64,000 nucleotides of DNA from Tubulanus polymorphus (GCF_964204645.1 NC_134026.1:24338150-24402149), one strand, 5' to 3'. Counted from the stretch's first letter, positions 40,303 through 53,512 are shown. A program made the numbers and translations. The notes: a model not told the origin generated them from the sequence alone.

Positions 40303-43300
40303 CGTATTCATTTAATATCATATGAAATAAAAATCATTTCACCACTCGCATCAGGCCTACTTCAAACCTATCTCATTGAGGTTTTTTGCCGCGATTTACA
40401 CCGCATTTTGACACGTTCGCTTATTCATTTACATCTTTGAGCTATTAACGAATAGTGAATAGAAAAAAGCCACTGATCTGCACGAAAACTACCTCTTGGA
40501 AGTTGGTAGCGGTCTAAATTCCCAGCATTTATATTCATCGGTCCATCGCATGTTTTTCTTCAGAGAGCACTTTAGATGTGTTATCTTGTCAGCTCTATAA
40601 TGGAACGGCAATTTTCATGCAGATATTTACCGATCAACACACGCATGTGTATGTTGACGATGAAATATTGTTTGACTTCCGTGCTACGGAATAGATCGTT
40701 ACTTCTTATAGTAATGTATGGCCCAATGATTTCACATAGATCAACAAATACTCTTCTGTTCTGTCTTACGAGGATTCAGAATATCACTGGCATGCATGCG
40801 CATTTTTTCCAAAGGTTAAACCACGTACTCGTCGTGGCACAATAGCCACACTCAGACGTGGAAAACAGATAATAAGTTTAAAACTTATTTAAAATTATGA
40901 TTTACACGTATTCAAAATTTCTAAACTTATCAACTTATCATGGACTTTTCGTTTTATAATCCATGGACAAACATATGTAACTTTTTAAACAGAGATACTT
41001 TTTGTGATATTCCAGCAAAAATTGTTGATATCGTGAATTTAGATCAGAACAACTTTGGCAGAAAAATTGATACCATACACTAAATGGTTATCTTTTTGCT
41101 AAAAACTTTTCATCAACGCTAATAAGTACCAGGTGTCAAGACAAATAACAAGCGTTTCAATGTCTACGATCTAATTTACAGTCAGACGTGAAATGCTTGA
41201 TTTTGATTCTATTCGAAAACCTGACCTGACTATCCGATGTAGTCTTGTCGATACCAAATGATCTACAGCTAATCATTGATTCACTTGACTCTGGTAAATC
41301 GAATTATGCTCGACCAACATTTTCACAAGAGATGGAGAAAAGAAATACCGTACATCATATTACACGGCGTTGAAATTGACAAGATAAAAAATGCAATAAC
41401 TGCGAAGCCGGCTTGAAATTTGTCATTTTCCTAAAAGCACTTCATCATTAGACTACGTTGAAGTATCTCTTTCCTGCGTGTATCGTATATTTTCGTCATG
41501 TTCGAATACTTCAAGGGTAACAGAAAATAATCACGACTCGACAGGCAATTATTGGCATTTGACATTTTCATTGAAATGAAATTTTAAAAAGACAAACTTT
41601 TGAAAAGGACACTTAAGGGGCGGGGGTTTGTTTGCTACCCCCAAAACCCTTCCACTAGGCATGGTCCTGCGCTGAAGTTACAAGAGTGCATCTAATTAAC
41701 ACCGTCATCTACCCGGCACTAAGAGACAATTATTGATTCTGCGATTCCAATATCTCAATGCTTGAGGGATATTCCTGCAATGTCCAGACATACCTAATTG
41801 ACCATCAAGCTAATTGGGATGTGACATTTGTTCACGACATGTTTTTGACCTTATCGTCATTAGATAAAAGCGGCGAGGTGCCCTAACACAACCAAGATAG
41901 AATTGATGAAATGAATGGAACTATCAACTCTGATAAACTGGGTCCACGAGGTTCTCATCACATAAAACTCGCTTAACTGAGTCATAAAACCTGAATTACA
42001 GTTATCTATCTGCGTTATAACATTGACTGCAAATAATTGGGTGGGTCTAGTATATAGAAGAATAGAATGACAATTAATAATCAATAATCTGCTCTGGGGA
42101 GGACGAAATCAAATGCAGGTTGTGGTCATTGTGACAGGATAAATTAATTCAACGCAAAGTTCTAATTGTCAATTCATAAACAGCCTCTAGGTGCTTCATG
42201 AGACAAAAATAGTCTGCAATCCTGTGTGGCTCTCAGACCTACCTGCCACTCCCTAGCAGCCGTGACAACTATAAACTACCGAGTGAATTTTGATTTGAAC
42301 TATAATTTTGAAAATATGGTAATTTTAATGGTTTTCTAAATAAAAGATCAATAAAAAAACATTTATTCGCCACATTTAAGACACTGAGGAATCTTTCATC
42401 TTTAGCGATAATATTAAAATCACTTGCCTCATAGTAATTTATCTCTATGTGCGTAATCCCGATGAAATCAGGCAACACGACTGTGTTTATAGATAACTGA
42501 TACGGAATCAATACGAATTAACTTGCAACTTACTCTCGATCAAACCTGATCAATAATAATCACTGATACGGTTCATCCTCACTACTGATAGAATACAACT
42601 ACGCACGCCAAGTGACCAAAGCCTTCATTATACCAATCGCGAAACGAATTGCCATTTTTTCTTTCTCAGAATTGTCTGATGTGTACGTGACATAAAATGA
42701 GGCAATGATGTGAGAAAATGAATAATGAAGCTTTAAGTAATAGGTTGATGAATACCAGGCTGAAATACCATGAAATTAAAATCCATAGAGGAAACTGATT
42801 TAAATGGCCGCTGCATGCGGTGAGTATCGTATGCGTAATTTCAGGGATGGATTGATTCTGTAGGAAACTACACCCGGATAAAGCCTATTTCCGCTAGCGT
42901 AACATGTAGTGAGATGAGCCAATCTGCCGGTTCCTTTAATCCAAAATTAGATTTACAGACGGGTTATATGACTGCGTGCGTGCTAGCAAATGGTCGATGT
43001 TTGAAGCATGAAAGTGATAAATCCTTCGCCACAAATACCTTCTCTTTTACTTTGAGATTGTCGTGGGTAACATTCCGTTTGTCTAATGGGGCGTGTAATG
43101 AAGCACGTGGATTTCGGAATCTGTTCTCAGTAATTGCGCTTTTTATTGGGATCTTCAATCAATAGTTACTGCGGAGTTGTTTGTGAGCGAAGCATTTTGT
43201 AATTAGAGGTGTTTCATTTCCTTAATGAAATGACCATACCGCGTAGGCCTACAGGGTATATCAATGCGAAACACAGCAGTAACTGTACTGAAGGCGGTGA

Positions 43301-43557
43301 CAATTTCGTTATTTAGTCAAGAGAGGAAAAAAAGTGATTTGATTTTGTTCGGTCAACAGCAAGAGTCATCATGACCACAGCTAACAAAGCATTAATATCC
43401 GCACTGCAACCGCAAGTAGTTGTCTAATGAATAATGTGTCCTCTCAGAAAGACCATCAACTGATGTGGGTATTCAGATAAGTAAAAAATAGGCAGACAAA
43501 GAGTCCCCATCAGTTAATCATGAAAATTTACCAAACAACAGCAAATATTTACGATTA

Positions 43558-43768
43558 CAGTAGATCCTCGTTCTAACGATGCAGGGATATAATGATTTAT
43601 CGGTTATTACAAACCTAGAATTTCATCCCAAACACGACAATATCAATGACTTTCATAATGGATATAACGAGAACTATCGGTTATAACGAACAGATTTTCT
43701 GGTCCCCTGAAGTTTGTTGCGACATTGACCCCTGTTTTTAGAGTCCATGGTTGCAATGAGTTCTACTG
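43558..43768. mobile_element. pogo/Tigger-like (Tc1/mariner) MITE
   Basis: TA|CAGTAGA...TCTACTG|TA; internal (T/G)ATAACG repeats and a GGTCCC motif; related half copy at ~53437-53512. Confidence 0.7.
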
Positions 43769-46139
43769 TACATAGCATTGTCGGCTTTTTGTGGGGTCAT
43801 CACTGAGTGATTTTTCAAATCTCATCGGTGATACACCCGACATCGCCATCCACTCCTAAACGTGATGCGCTCATTTAGTTTTTCATATGATGACATATTC
43901 ACGACGACGCATTCTGCCAAATCCAATGATACATCTGATAAATGATGTCACAAACTACATTTTATTGCCCATCAAGAATTGAGACGACCAATTTTGCAAA
44001 ATGGACCGAGCCAAAAACCAATTAATACTCTCAGTGAAGCCTAATCTGTTGAGATATATTTCCAATGCCTGACATGCATACCTAACCTGATAGTTATAGC
44101 TTTTTTTCCTCATAGTTTATCGAGTTCTAAATGGATCATGCATGTAGAAAGAATGTTCCCATCTCCCTGTAAATATCTCCCAATAACTCTAATAACTTGA
44201 TTTCGATTTCAAAATCTTTGAAATAATTTTAGGGGGATTTTTACCTTGAGTGGATCGGCATATTTATACCAGTTACTACATATGTAAAACGATCGCTAAG
44301 ATTGTTTTCTAAGAAGGTCAACAATCGAAAATAAACCTTCAACTCCTTACTATTCATGGATCACATACAACACGCAATATTAGATTACATAAGATGTTGG
44401 AATTAGATATTCTTTAATCTGACAATGAGTCCATTAGTCAGCCGATTAATGAGCAAGAAGGTTTCCTCAGGGTAAAATTCCCAGTTAAGCCTGCGACATT
44501 AAATGCACTAGTGGGAATAAAAATTGATTATGTCTAGCAGTAGATCTATTCGATTCCAAATCAGCTATGATCAGACTTCAGCCCTGCCTGATGAAAAACA
44601 ATCAACATTAATTTTGCCTTTTAGACGTTTTTTCCCTTCATATTAATTTCTATATCATGTACTCAGTAATAAAATGTTATAACGACCATATGCCGAAATC
44701 TGTTTGTGAGATATGATTATGGTTTTTAACATTGGAGAGTGATTATTGGAAAATTTGCACAGAATTTTTCAGATAAGATTAAAAAATATCCTTAAGTATA
44801 AATCAAACTCATATGGTTTTGACAGGTGAAATAAAAAGGTCTTGATGAGACTCACAGTGGTTTTAAATTCCATAGTTCTGGGTTTTCAGATTCAAATTTA
44901 AAATCATTTCTTGTATCTAACATGTGTCCAACTTTTAAGTTAAATCTGAACTCAAGACTGCTGGAATTTGGTCCTTAACGTTAAGGATATATGAGGTGTT
45001 CAAAATTCATTCAGTAACCATGTTGTACAACATTCAACAAAAATGAAAATGGATTTTGAATAGGATTAGATACGTTCATACATACAACTTACCAGCTACT
45101 AGACATGAGTTATACAGCTCAGTGGTCGAATGTTCCCATTATTATCCACCACAGAGACGCAACCAATCACCAGTGACGCTCTCTTCGTTCTACCAGCAAT
45201 GAGTTAATACTCCCTGTCAAACTAAGACTGCATTTCCAATAATGGATTTACCATGGCAGCAATAGGACAACTGAAATGAAACCAATAATTCTATTCATGT
45301 ATCCTCAGTTGAAAGGGAAGGAGAAAGTGACCCACTTAATGAGCATCAAAAAATATTCCCGGTAATAAAAAGAGAATCACCACTTGCAGGGCGGATACTT
45401 TCTATGGCATATACAGTAATACATACAGTATGTCATTGTCTGGTAATTGTAAAACTCAAACTGGAGCAAGAATTTTCAACTACATCTCAAAGTAGAATCA
45501 TTGATGTCAAATGGTATTCAAATAAAAAACATCAGTTCCTAAAATAACTCGGGATAAATACTTATACTGGTATGTTAAAAACTCTGTCAGGTCATTTTAT
45601 CCACCAGGCTTAAAGATAATCAATTTTTGCACATTTTGACTAGACTATCATAGCAGATCTTTGAAGTGTGCACAATAAATCTATAATTAAAATTTGCAAG
45701 CTTTATGAAAACATGATAACTCGTCTGAAGAAGAGCTAATTAAATTTTCTGCAACTTGCTGTGAATGAAATCTAATTAGACCCATAATTAGTGCCCGTAC
45801 TACAATGGTGAGGACAGTATATGTAGGCCTACTAGTTACTACTATTAGTTGCTAAGTCCTACACTAGGATAGTACTGAATATGGTCATTTAAAGCATAAT
45901 ACTTGAATTAGCAAAAGAACAATACTAGCAGAATATTCATACTATGAAAATCTACCCAAATATTTCCGGTCCCAGCTTAATCACATCTTTGCTTATTTAC
46001 ACAAACATCATCAATATTTAGCTTTTTTGTCGAATAAAATTTCAATTGAATTGATACCACCGAGTTAGTGGTGCATAATCTTTTTATCATCAATGAAAAA
46101 AACTGCAAACCGACAAGAAAAAAACCAGGTGTTAAAACC

Positions 46140-46358
46140 CTTACCAAAACGCTAACATATTAAATTCGACAGTATTTGCGAATAAAAATGCTTCGAACAT
46201 GGAGAACATGGGCGCAGCCATCTTGAAAATACATGAAATGGCCCCCAAAATTTGGTCGTTTTCAAAAAGGCTTAGAAGTATGTTTTTTTTATTTGGCTGT
46301 TGATTTTTCTGTAATACGTTTATCTTAAGCCGATGCCCACAGACATAATAACGTTTGA

Positions 46359-46396
<38 letters not shown>

Positions 46397-46440
46397 ACAC
46401 ACTCAAACTCCGTCCGGGCCATCGTCCGTAAGCCGAATAA
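46140..46440. promoter_or_regulatory. Probable bidirectional promoter of TPST(-) and FNTA(+), with a candidate non-coding TPST first exon (~46230-46145)
   Basis: Minus-strand YY1-like CAAGATGGCTGC (~46213-46224) followed by donor G|GTAAGG at 46144; FNTA ATG in AATGGCGG context; (GATT)n between them. Confidence 0.5.
46359..46394. repeat. (GATT)n tetranucleotide microsatellite
   Basis: About 9 tandem units immediately upstream of FNTA. Confidence 0.95.
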
Positions 46441-49400
46441 TGGCGGAGACTTCGCTCACGCTGTACAAGGATCGCGAAGATTTCGCTGATCTTATTCCTA
46501 TTCCTGTTGACGAAGGACCCAACCCTATCGTTCGCATAGCTTATACGGAACACTGTGAGTATTCATATCATCACATATTTAAATAGCTAGTTTATTCAAA
46601 GCGTAACCTGCTGAAAACAAATTCAAATCATTTTATTGACTGCTTTTGCTTGCCAGTCAGGAACACTTTCCAAAAACGGCTTATTCTGCCATAAATGGCG
46701 TTTTCCGCCAATAACGGCGGAATCAGCCATTTATGGATTACTCAGTTTTAAACTGCTTCTGCCAATTTAGCCGAAATCGGCGTTTTCTGCCATTTTTGGC
46801 TTGTTCTTAAAAAACGCCATTTCCACCGTTTTCAGCTGTTACAGTTTTTAAAACTACATCGCCAGAACACAGGGGCTTGTTAACTGGCTTGGATTTTACT
46901 TCCGGGTTGTTGATAATCTCGCGAGAATGGCGCTAAATTTAAACTGCAAATAAATTCAAAATATCACAGAAATACCTCTTGTTGATGTTGTTTATTTATC
47001 CACTATAGAGTTTCGATAAACAATTGGCTGTTAAGGATCAGTATCAGTGGGCGCGACGCCTTACTATATTAAAATAACAAGGGATGAAACGGCTTCGCTT
47101 TTGCCTGTGACCGTATTGATGCGGCGGAAACCACTGCGCATGCGCGGCAACTTCCGAGCGCTAGTGAGCTGTCAATCAAACTTCACATTATAGTTTTTCT
47201 ACATCAATTCAAAAATTGATAATTTCCTTAGAAGTGTGATTGTCTTGGCTTGACATAGGTTTTTGAGAAGAATCAATTGAACTTGAACTGATCTTAACCT
47301 TTCGGAAAGTTGCCGCGCATGCGCAGTGGTTTCTGCCGCATCAATACGGTCACAGGCAAAAGCGAAGCCGTTTCATCCCTTGTTATTTTAATATAGTAAG
47401 GCGTCGCGCCCACTGATACTGATCCTTAACAGCCAATTGTTTATCGAAACTCTATAGTGGATAAATAAACAACATCAACAAGAGGTATTTCTGTGATATT
47501 TTGAATTTATTTGCAGTTTAAATTTAGCGCCATTCTCGCGAGATTATCAACAACCCGGAAGTAAAATCCAAGCCAGTTTACAAGCCCCTGTGGCCAGAAA
47601 CGGCGTTTTAGCTTAGATAGTTTTACAGGTGCTATTTATAGTGCTTAGTTCGATGGGAGTCCCTATTATGACATCATCGCTTTTCTGCTGGCATACATTT
47701 GTATATTTGCGCCGAAAAATTAATCTCATTGATCCATTCCAGGCTTCAAGAAAGAATTAAATATAAATGTACGGGTTTCCGATGGCAATTGTATTTGAAT
47801 TCTGTTCTTTCTTTATGCCTGTATTCTATGTAATAAATATATACATACATGTATCCCAAATTGTTTCGAAAATGTTTGTTGTATTTTGAAATGAATCTAG
47901 ATACAGCTGTATTGATTTTGAGTGTTGTAATGTCATCGGCCACCAATTCATTCAATCACTACCCATCACAAGTCCAATTAGCTGGGAGGCATCGAAGATG
48001 TTAATTACCTTCAATTAACCAACATCATATGCAGTCCAATATATCCCTCAACCATTCTATGCTTTATTAGGCAAGATAAGACCATGGGCAAAACTTAAAA
48101 CTAGATTTTTGATACACTAGTTTAAACATCCATGATTGATTTGTCTTATGAGAATGATAATTATAATGATAATTTTATTTTTATTTTTAACATATAATAT
48201 TTACACATCCGTTCACCTCAGCAAATTAATCATTTTATTCCGAAAAAAGTACCCTGTAGACACTAGGGAAAAGGTCTAAGCGGGTGGGGGAATCCTCATA
48301 TATAACAAGTGGACTGCCAATAATGGCTTAATAGTTTATGATTATAAAACTAGCTACGCCAAAAACGGCGGAATACGCCAGAAATGGCGAATGTTTTTAT
48401 GTGTACCCATGGCAACATTTAATTGAAAACTTTATAATAGTTTTTAAAACTAGTTCCCAAATTTATTTTTAACAAAAATCATGATTAATAAACTTGTTTC
48501 ATGCTGTAGTAGTTTTGAGAGTTTTCCCGGAGTTTTTGGGCTGCATATGACGTAATCATTTAGAAAAACATGAATTTGACCACTTTACCTAGCTCAAAAA
48601 TTTCCATCCTAGCGTCATAAGAAAGCTTATCGTCTGCTCGAGATTATGACGTAATCGGCAACATGCGCTAATTTGACCGGAAGTGCGCAAAAAACTTTAA
48701 AGCAAAACTCGAAACTTAGTGAGCTGAAACTGGCTGATTAAGCCATAAACGACTGTAAAAGTTTCAAAACTGAGTGATCCATAAACGGCTGATTCTGCCG
48801 TTATTGGCGGAAAACGCCGAAATTGGCAGAATAAACCGTTTTTGGAAAGTGTTCCTGACTGCTTGCCAAACTAAAAAGCCTTGCTTGCTTTGATCGATTC
48901 AGAAGTGTAAATTTTTTGATAAACAAATCATGAGAAAAGTTTCCCTTATACAAAAGGGGCAGACTTGGGTTAACGAAGGTAGACCTTGTTGACTATTTGT
49001 TTACTTCCTAGAATCCTACATCCTCCCCCGGCAGGGATTCGAACCTGATGGCATCGAGATTGCCACGGCACGAAACCCTGCCATAATCGACCGTGTGCGC
49101 AGATACATGCGCAGTTCAGATGATGTGATTTTTAGCCAATCAGAAATCCCGTTTTATTTTAGCCCGGGTTTTCCCATTTATAGTTCTTCCTTGAAATTTG
49201 CCTCAACGATTATACAACGAGCAATCTGATTGGTGCCGCAAGTTTTCATTCGGAAAGCTGCGCATGTACCTGCGCACCCGGTCTACTGATGCAGGGGTTC
49301 GTGCCCTGGCTGAGTGAAGCGATGCCATCAGGTTCGAGTCCCTGCAGAGGGAGGATGAGAATCCTAGTGTGAAACCGAATGTCACTTGGTCCAAACTTAC

Positions 49401-52199
49401 ATACAGTCCAAAAATAGTGAACCACACAATTGAATACAGTAACTGTTATTCGCTGATGTTTGCCCTTTATACCCCAGAGAAAAAAGGGTTAAGGTCGGAT
49501 TTGGGCTCCCCAGACCATATGCCTTAAGTGCATAATGAATATTGGAAAATGGTGGCGTAAATAAAGCCACTACCTTTGTATTTTGTTAGATTAAAATTTA
49601 ATCGAAGTCTTCTTCATCTCTTGCAGTTAAAGATGTGTATGATTATTTCCGCGCCATCTTGAAAAAAGATGAACGAAGTGAACGAGCATTTGACGTTGTA
49701 AGTCAAGCGGTCAAATTAAACCCAGCTAATTATACCGCTTGGTACGTAGTTACTGATGTTCAACCCCGCCCCCCCCCTTGCAAAATACAAGTGGATATGA
49801 ATTGAATTATTTATGATTTTCAGGCATTTTCGACGCATACTCTTGAAGGATCTGACGAAAGATTTGAATGAAGAGTTGGATATGATTTCAGCTGTGATAC
49901 TAGAACATCAAAAAAACTATCAAGTTTGGTATGTCTATTAACGATGTGTTTTTTTCTTAAGAGTGTTCGATTGAAAGTCACCATTTTCTTCTTTTCTGCA
50001 CATTTTACAATGACCAATTTGTTGTCTTATCGAGTTCATATATCTTCAATTGTCAACATCGGATTTTTCAAGGCATCACAGAAGAGTTATAGTGACGTGG
50101 TTAGATGACCCGAATAATGAGTTAGAATTTACTGATGACATTCTTACTCAGGATGCCAAAAACTACCATGCCTGGGAACATAGGTACATTTCATTCGCTA
50201 AAATTCATGTATCGCTCTTATATCACTCTAAGCCAGTTAATTTTGAAAATTATTGCAATAATGTTCCTCTCTGACCAAACATCTCCATTTTTGTTCGGTG
50301 TTTAGAAGTAATACATTTTTTTATACAGACAATGGGCTATCAGAACTTTTGATCTTTGGGATGAGGAACTGGACTATACAGATCGGCTACTAATAGACGA
50401 TGTACGCAATAATTCTGCTTGGAACCAGAGATATTTCGTCATTTCCAATACAACAGGATTTACTGATGAAGTCATCGAAAGAGAGTTTGAGTAAGTCTTA
50501 ACTGAGAACATTGAAAAAAATCATTTATTTACCCACAGACAGTTGATTTAAATTACCCTCTACTTGTGGTTTAAGGTACGCAAAGGAGAAAATTAAAAGG
50601 GCTCCAAATAATGAGAGTGCTTGGAATTATCTGAAAGGGTAAGATTAGTTTTTCTTTAAAATTCACACTCGCTTAGTATTCTAGAATAACGTTGATTCAG
50701 AAATGGTGAATGGCAGCTCATTTCTTTGTGGAACTATTTGTGATAATGGATATCATCTATTCTATATGTGGGTTCGCGCAGGTGTAAAAACCAAGAAGTC
50801 ATTTAATATCATATTGAGATTCAGATATAGTTCGAAGTCACCGATGAAACATGTGAAAAAACAAGTTTACAAGGAAATATAGAAATACTAATCTAAATCA
50901 ATGAGAATAAAGCAATTAAACAAATGTTACAGAATTTATATGTCTGCCATATCATCAAGGAAAGAGGTCAAGTTTAGCTCATCCATAGGCTTGTTCAAGG
51001 TAGTTCAATAACATAGAATTATGAAATAATGAAGGAAATTAAAACTGAATAGAATGATTCATAAGATCATTTCTTTATTCCAAGTTTCCAATTATTTGGA
51101 TTGATACATCAAAATGATTTGCAGATTATTATATTTAAATTCTTGGGTCAAGTAGTTTTGCGAACCGTTGACCTCAATAGAAAGTTGTTTTGATATTCTT
51201 ACCCAGTGCTGCCCTCTTTGGTAGTCTTTACCAGCCAGTTTTAAAAAGTCTGTTTCACATATTTTTTTATTTCGCATTACTCATTGTTATTTTATTAAAA
51301 TGCACTGTACTTGGTTTATTTATCGAGAAAAAATATGTTGTTATTCATAGTTACTTTATAGATGAACAATCATATCAAGAACGTTTCAGTTAAACGTGCA
51401 AAGATCAATTGTTTTGAATGTGATACACAGTTATCTTATTAAATCCTGTGTCACTTGGTTCTGTACCCACTGTACTATATATTCGACTTAAAATCGAATG
51501 GACATTAGGCCAACTAGTTTCGTATTTGAACTTATTTTTCATTTTGTACTATTATTCTCTTCTTGATATTGACTAGACATTTGACTTGTAACAGGGTCAA
51601 AATAGTGTCATATTTAGCCAAGCAAGTAAAATTACTATTGATTCACAAATATAGAATTATTGTATCTAACCTCATTTCTAAGACAGATTTTTAGTCAGCG
51701 TACCATATTTGCATATTACCTAGTTACATAGTTGATCAATTTGTCTCTGTTAAATATTTCTAGGATTCTCATGAACAAGAAGATCAGTCGATATCCCGGG
51801 TTACGAGAATTCTGTGATGAGCTCTACAACAAACATATCCATTCGCCTTATATGATCGCATGTCTGATAGATATATATGACGAAATGTTGGAATTAGGAT
51901 GTGAAAATAAATCGGAAATCTTGCAAAAAGCAGTCAAGGTATAAAAATGCATTTGATAATCTTGTAAAAATAGAGTACCAGTAAATTAATTTTTAGCCAG
52001 CTTTCTTAAAAGTAACCAGATTGTTTCAAAATTATTTGGAGATAATATTGATAATATCTGTCCTGATTTTTTCCAGCTATGCGGTTCACTCGCGAATGAT
52101 TACGATACAATACGTAAAGAGTATTGGGATTACGTAAGCAGGTCTCTGTCATTGAAATATGGGCTGGCAGTTTCAGGCGACAATAAAACCTCGTCGTAA
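46440..52199 (+). CDS. FNTA: Protein farnesyltransferase/geranylgeranyltransferase type-1 subunit alpha, 8 exons
   Basis: Exons approx. 46440-46554, 49627-49741, 49824-49928, 50073-50183, 50329-50490, 50576-50638, 51763-51939, 52077-52199. Peptides [23 protein letters not shown] repeats [56 protein letters not shown], and [11 protein letters not shown]. Confidence 0.97.
46654..48861. mobile_element. Non-autonomous TIR element (~1.5 kb after removing the nested insert) with ~100-bp TIRs; Mutator-like if the TSD is 9 bp
   Basis: CAGTCAGGAACACTTTCCAAAAACGG... at 46654-46753 mirrors 48762-48861. Direct repeat TGCTTGCCA at 46647-46655 and 48860-48868 overlaps the ends, so the TSD can be read as 5, 7 or 9 bp. 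No transposase ORF. Confidence 0.9.
46868..47592. mobile_element. Nested foldback element with ~290-bp near-perfect arms, CACAGGGG termini and 7-bp TSD (P-superfamily/Galileo-like architecture)
   Basis: 46868-47157 is the reverse complement of 47302-47592 with only a few differences; TSD GCCAGAA at 46861-46867 and 47593-47599. Confidence 0.93.
49019..49357. mobile_element. MITE with ~95-bp imperfect TIRs containing Pol III B-box-like motifs; 9-bp TSD
   Basis: CATCCTCCC...GGGATTCGAACCTGATGGCATCG versus CGATGCCATCAGGTTCGAGTCCC...GGGAGGATG; TSD AGAATCCTA at 49010-49018 and 49358-49366. Confidence 0.88.
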
Positions 52200-52878
52200 T
52201 TATCATTTGGTCCAACGAAAGAAGCTTTGAAGATATTTTTAATCATAGATTGTGTTCAATTCAGTGATAATGTGTATTGCTCAGATATGCCCTAGTTATG
52301 TAATGTTTTACCATACAGTGTTTATTTACATATGTATTGATGGTAATGTGAAATTATGTAAGTCGTTTAGTTGGAACTGTATCATGAAGTCTATATGAAT
52401 GTATAATTGTTTATTGCCACCTAACATGGGGCATATTATTATTTTTCTATGAAGAACTTATATTGGATGTAACATCTTGTAAAATTATTTGTACATAGTG
52501 AATGTAAATTATTCAACGTTTGACAAAAGTCGGGAGTATTTTTCTGTGAAACATACACTGTGTGGAACGACCTATATGTATTTTATAATTCATGCAACAG
52601 ACATGTGCTAGTTGTACCAGACATCTATAATGGTTGTATGCATTGTATTGTGGAGCTTGCCGCCGTTCAGTTCAGTAACTATTCCATGCATATACAGACC
52701 TTGCTAAAAATGTATTGGTATATCATGTAACCACGTTGTCTGAAATTAGAACGAAAATTCAGCCAAGTGATTGTAGGTCATATTTCTGTAGTGGTTATTA
52801 TTGCTCCTCTAGAAAGAATCTGATCTTCCTTTTATCTGTCCTTTGAAAAAACCATGTACCATGAAAATAATATATTAG

Positions 52879-52993
52879 TACAGAATACTCCGCTCTAGTC
52901 GCACCTTTTGGGACCGTAAAAATCTGCCGACTAGGTCATCCGAGGTGAACAGTTAACTGTGTAGATCAGATCCGACTAAGCGCAGTCCACTAT
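52879..52993. mobile_element. Degenerate pogo-like MITE in the FNTA 3' region
   Basis: TA|CAGAATACTCCGCT...GGGACC...AGCGCAGTCCACTA|TA imperfect TIRs; homologous to 29224-29283. Confidence 0.55.
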
Positions 52994-53436
52994 AAATCTT
53001 GCTCAGAACTTATGATCACACTCTTTGAGGTCTCTTTTGCGTTGGCACAGCTAACCACTCGTAAATTGTGTACTTAAATCGTCATAATAACATATGAGCA
53101 TTGTTTATTGCATATGTTTTTAAGAGTGTATCATAAAATTGTCATTATCAATATTGTCTCATAACATTCAATAAAATTTAGAAAAAATAACTATTCCTTT
53201 CAATCATCATTTGATCTATCAATCACGTTGAATCTTTCGCCTTGGCGTTCTCTTTAAAGTAAGACCTTGAACTTTGTCCAAAGGTTAGACAGCCACGTCA
53301 CAGATATATACCCTAATGGCCTATGCTTGTACTGTAGTAGGGCATGACATGCTGTGGAACTTCTTACAAACTCTTGATACGATTCTTCGGATATAACAAA
53401 TACAGAATTTTGTCCAATTTGACTAATTTCATTACT

Positions 53437-53512
53437 GGATATAACCTATAGGTTATAACGAACATATTTTCTTGTCTCATCAAGTTCGACGTTGTAACTA
53501 GGTTCCACTGTA
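53437..53512. mobile_element. Partial copy of the 43558-43768 MITE family
   Basis: GGATATAAC...GGTTATAACGAACA.ATTTTCT...CCACTG|TA. Confidence 0.5.

Noticed and set aside
46141-46553. Minus-strand ORFs with INQS/QSIN repeats
   Set aside because: Translation of the (GATT)n microsatellite.
49019-49357. tRNA gene
   Set aside because: Only B-box-like motifs are present; no acceptor, D or anticodon arms, and the motifs lie in inverted arms with a TSD.
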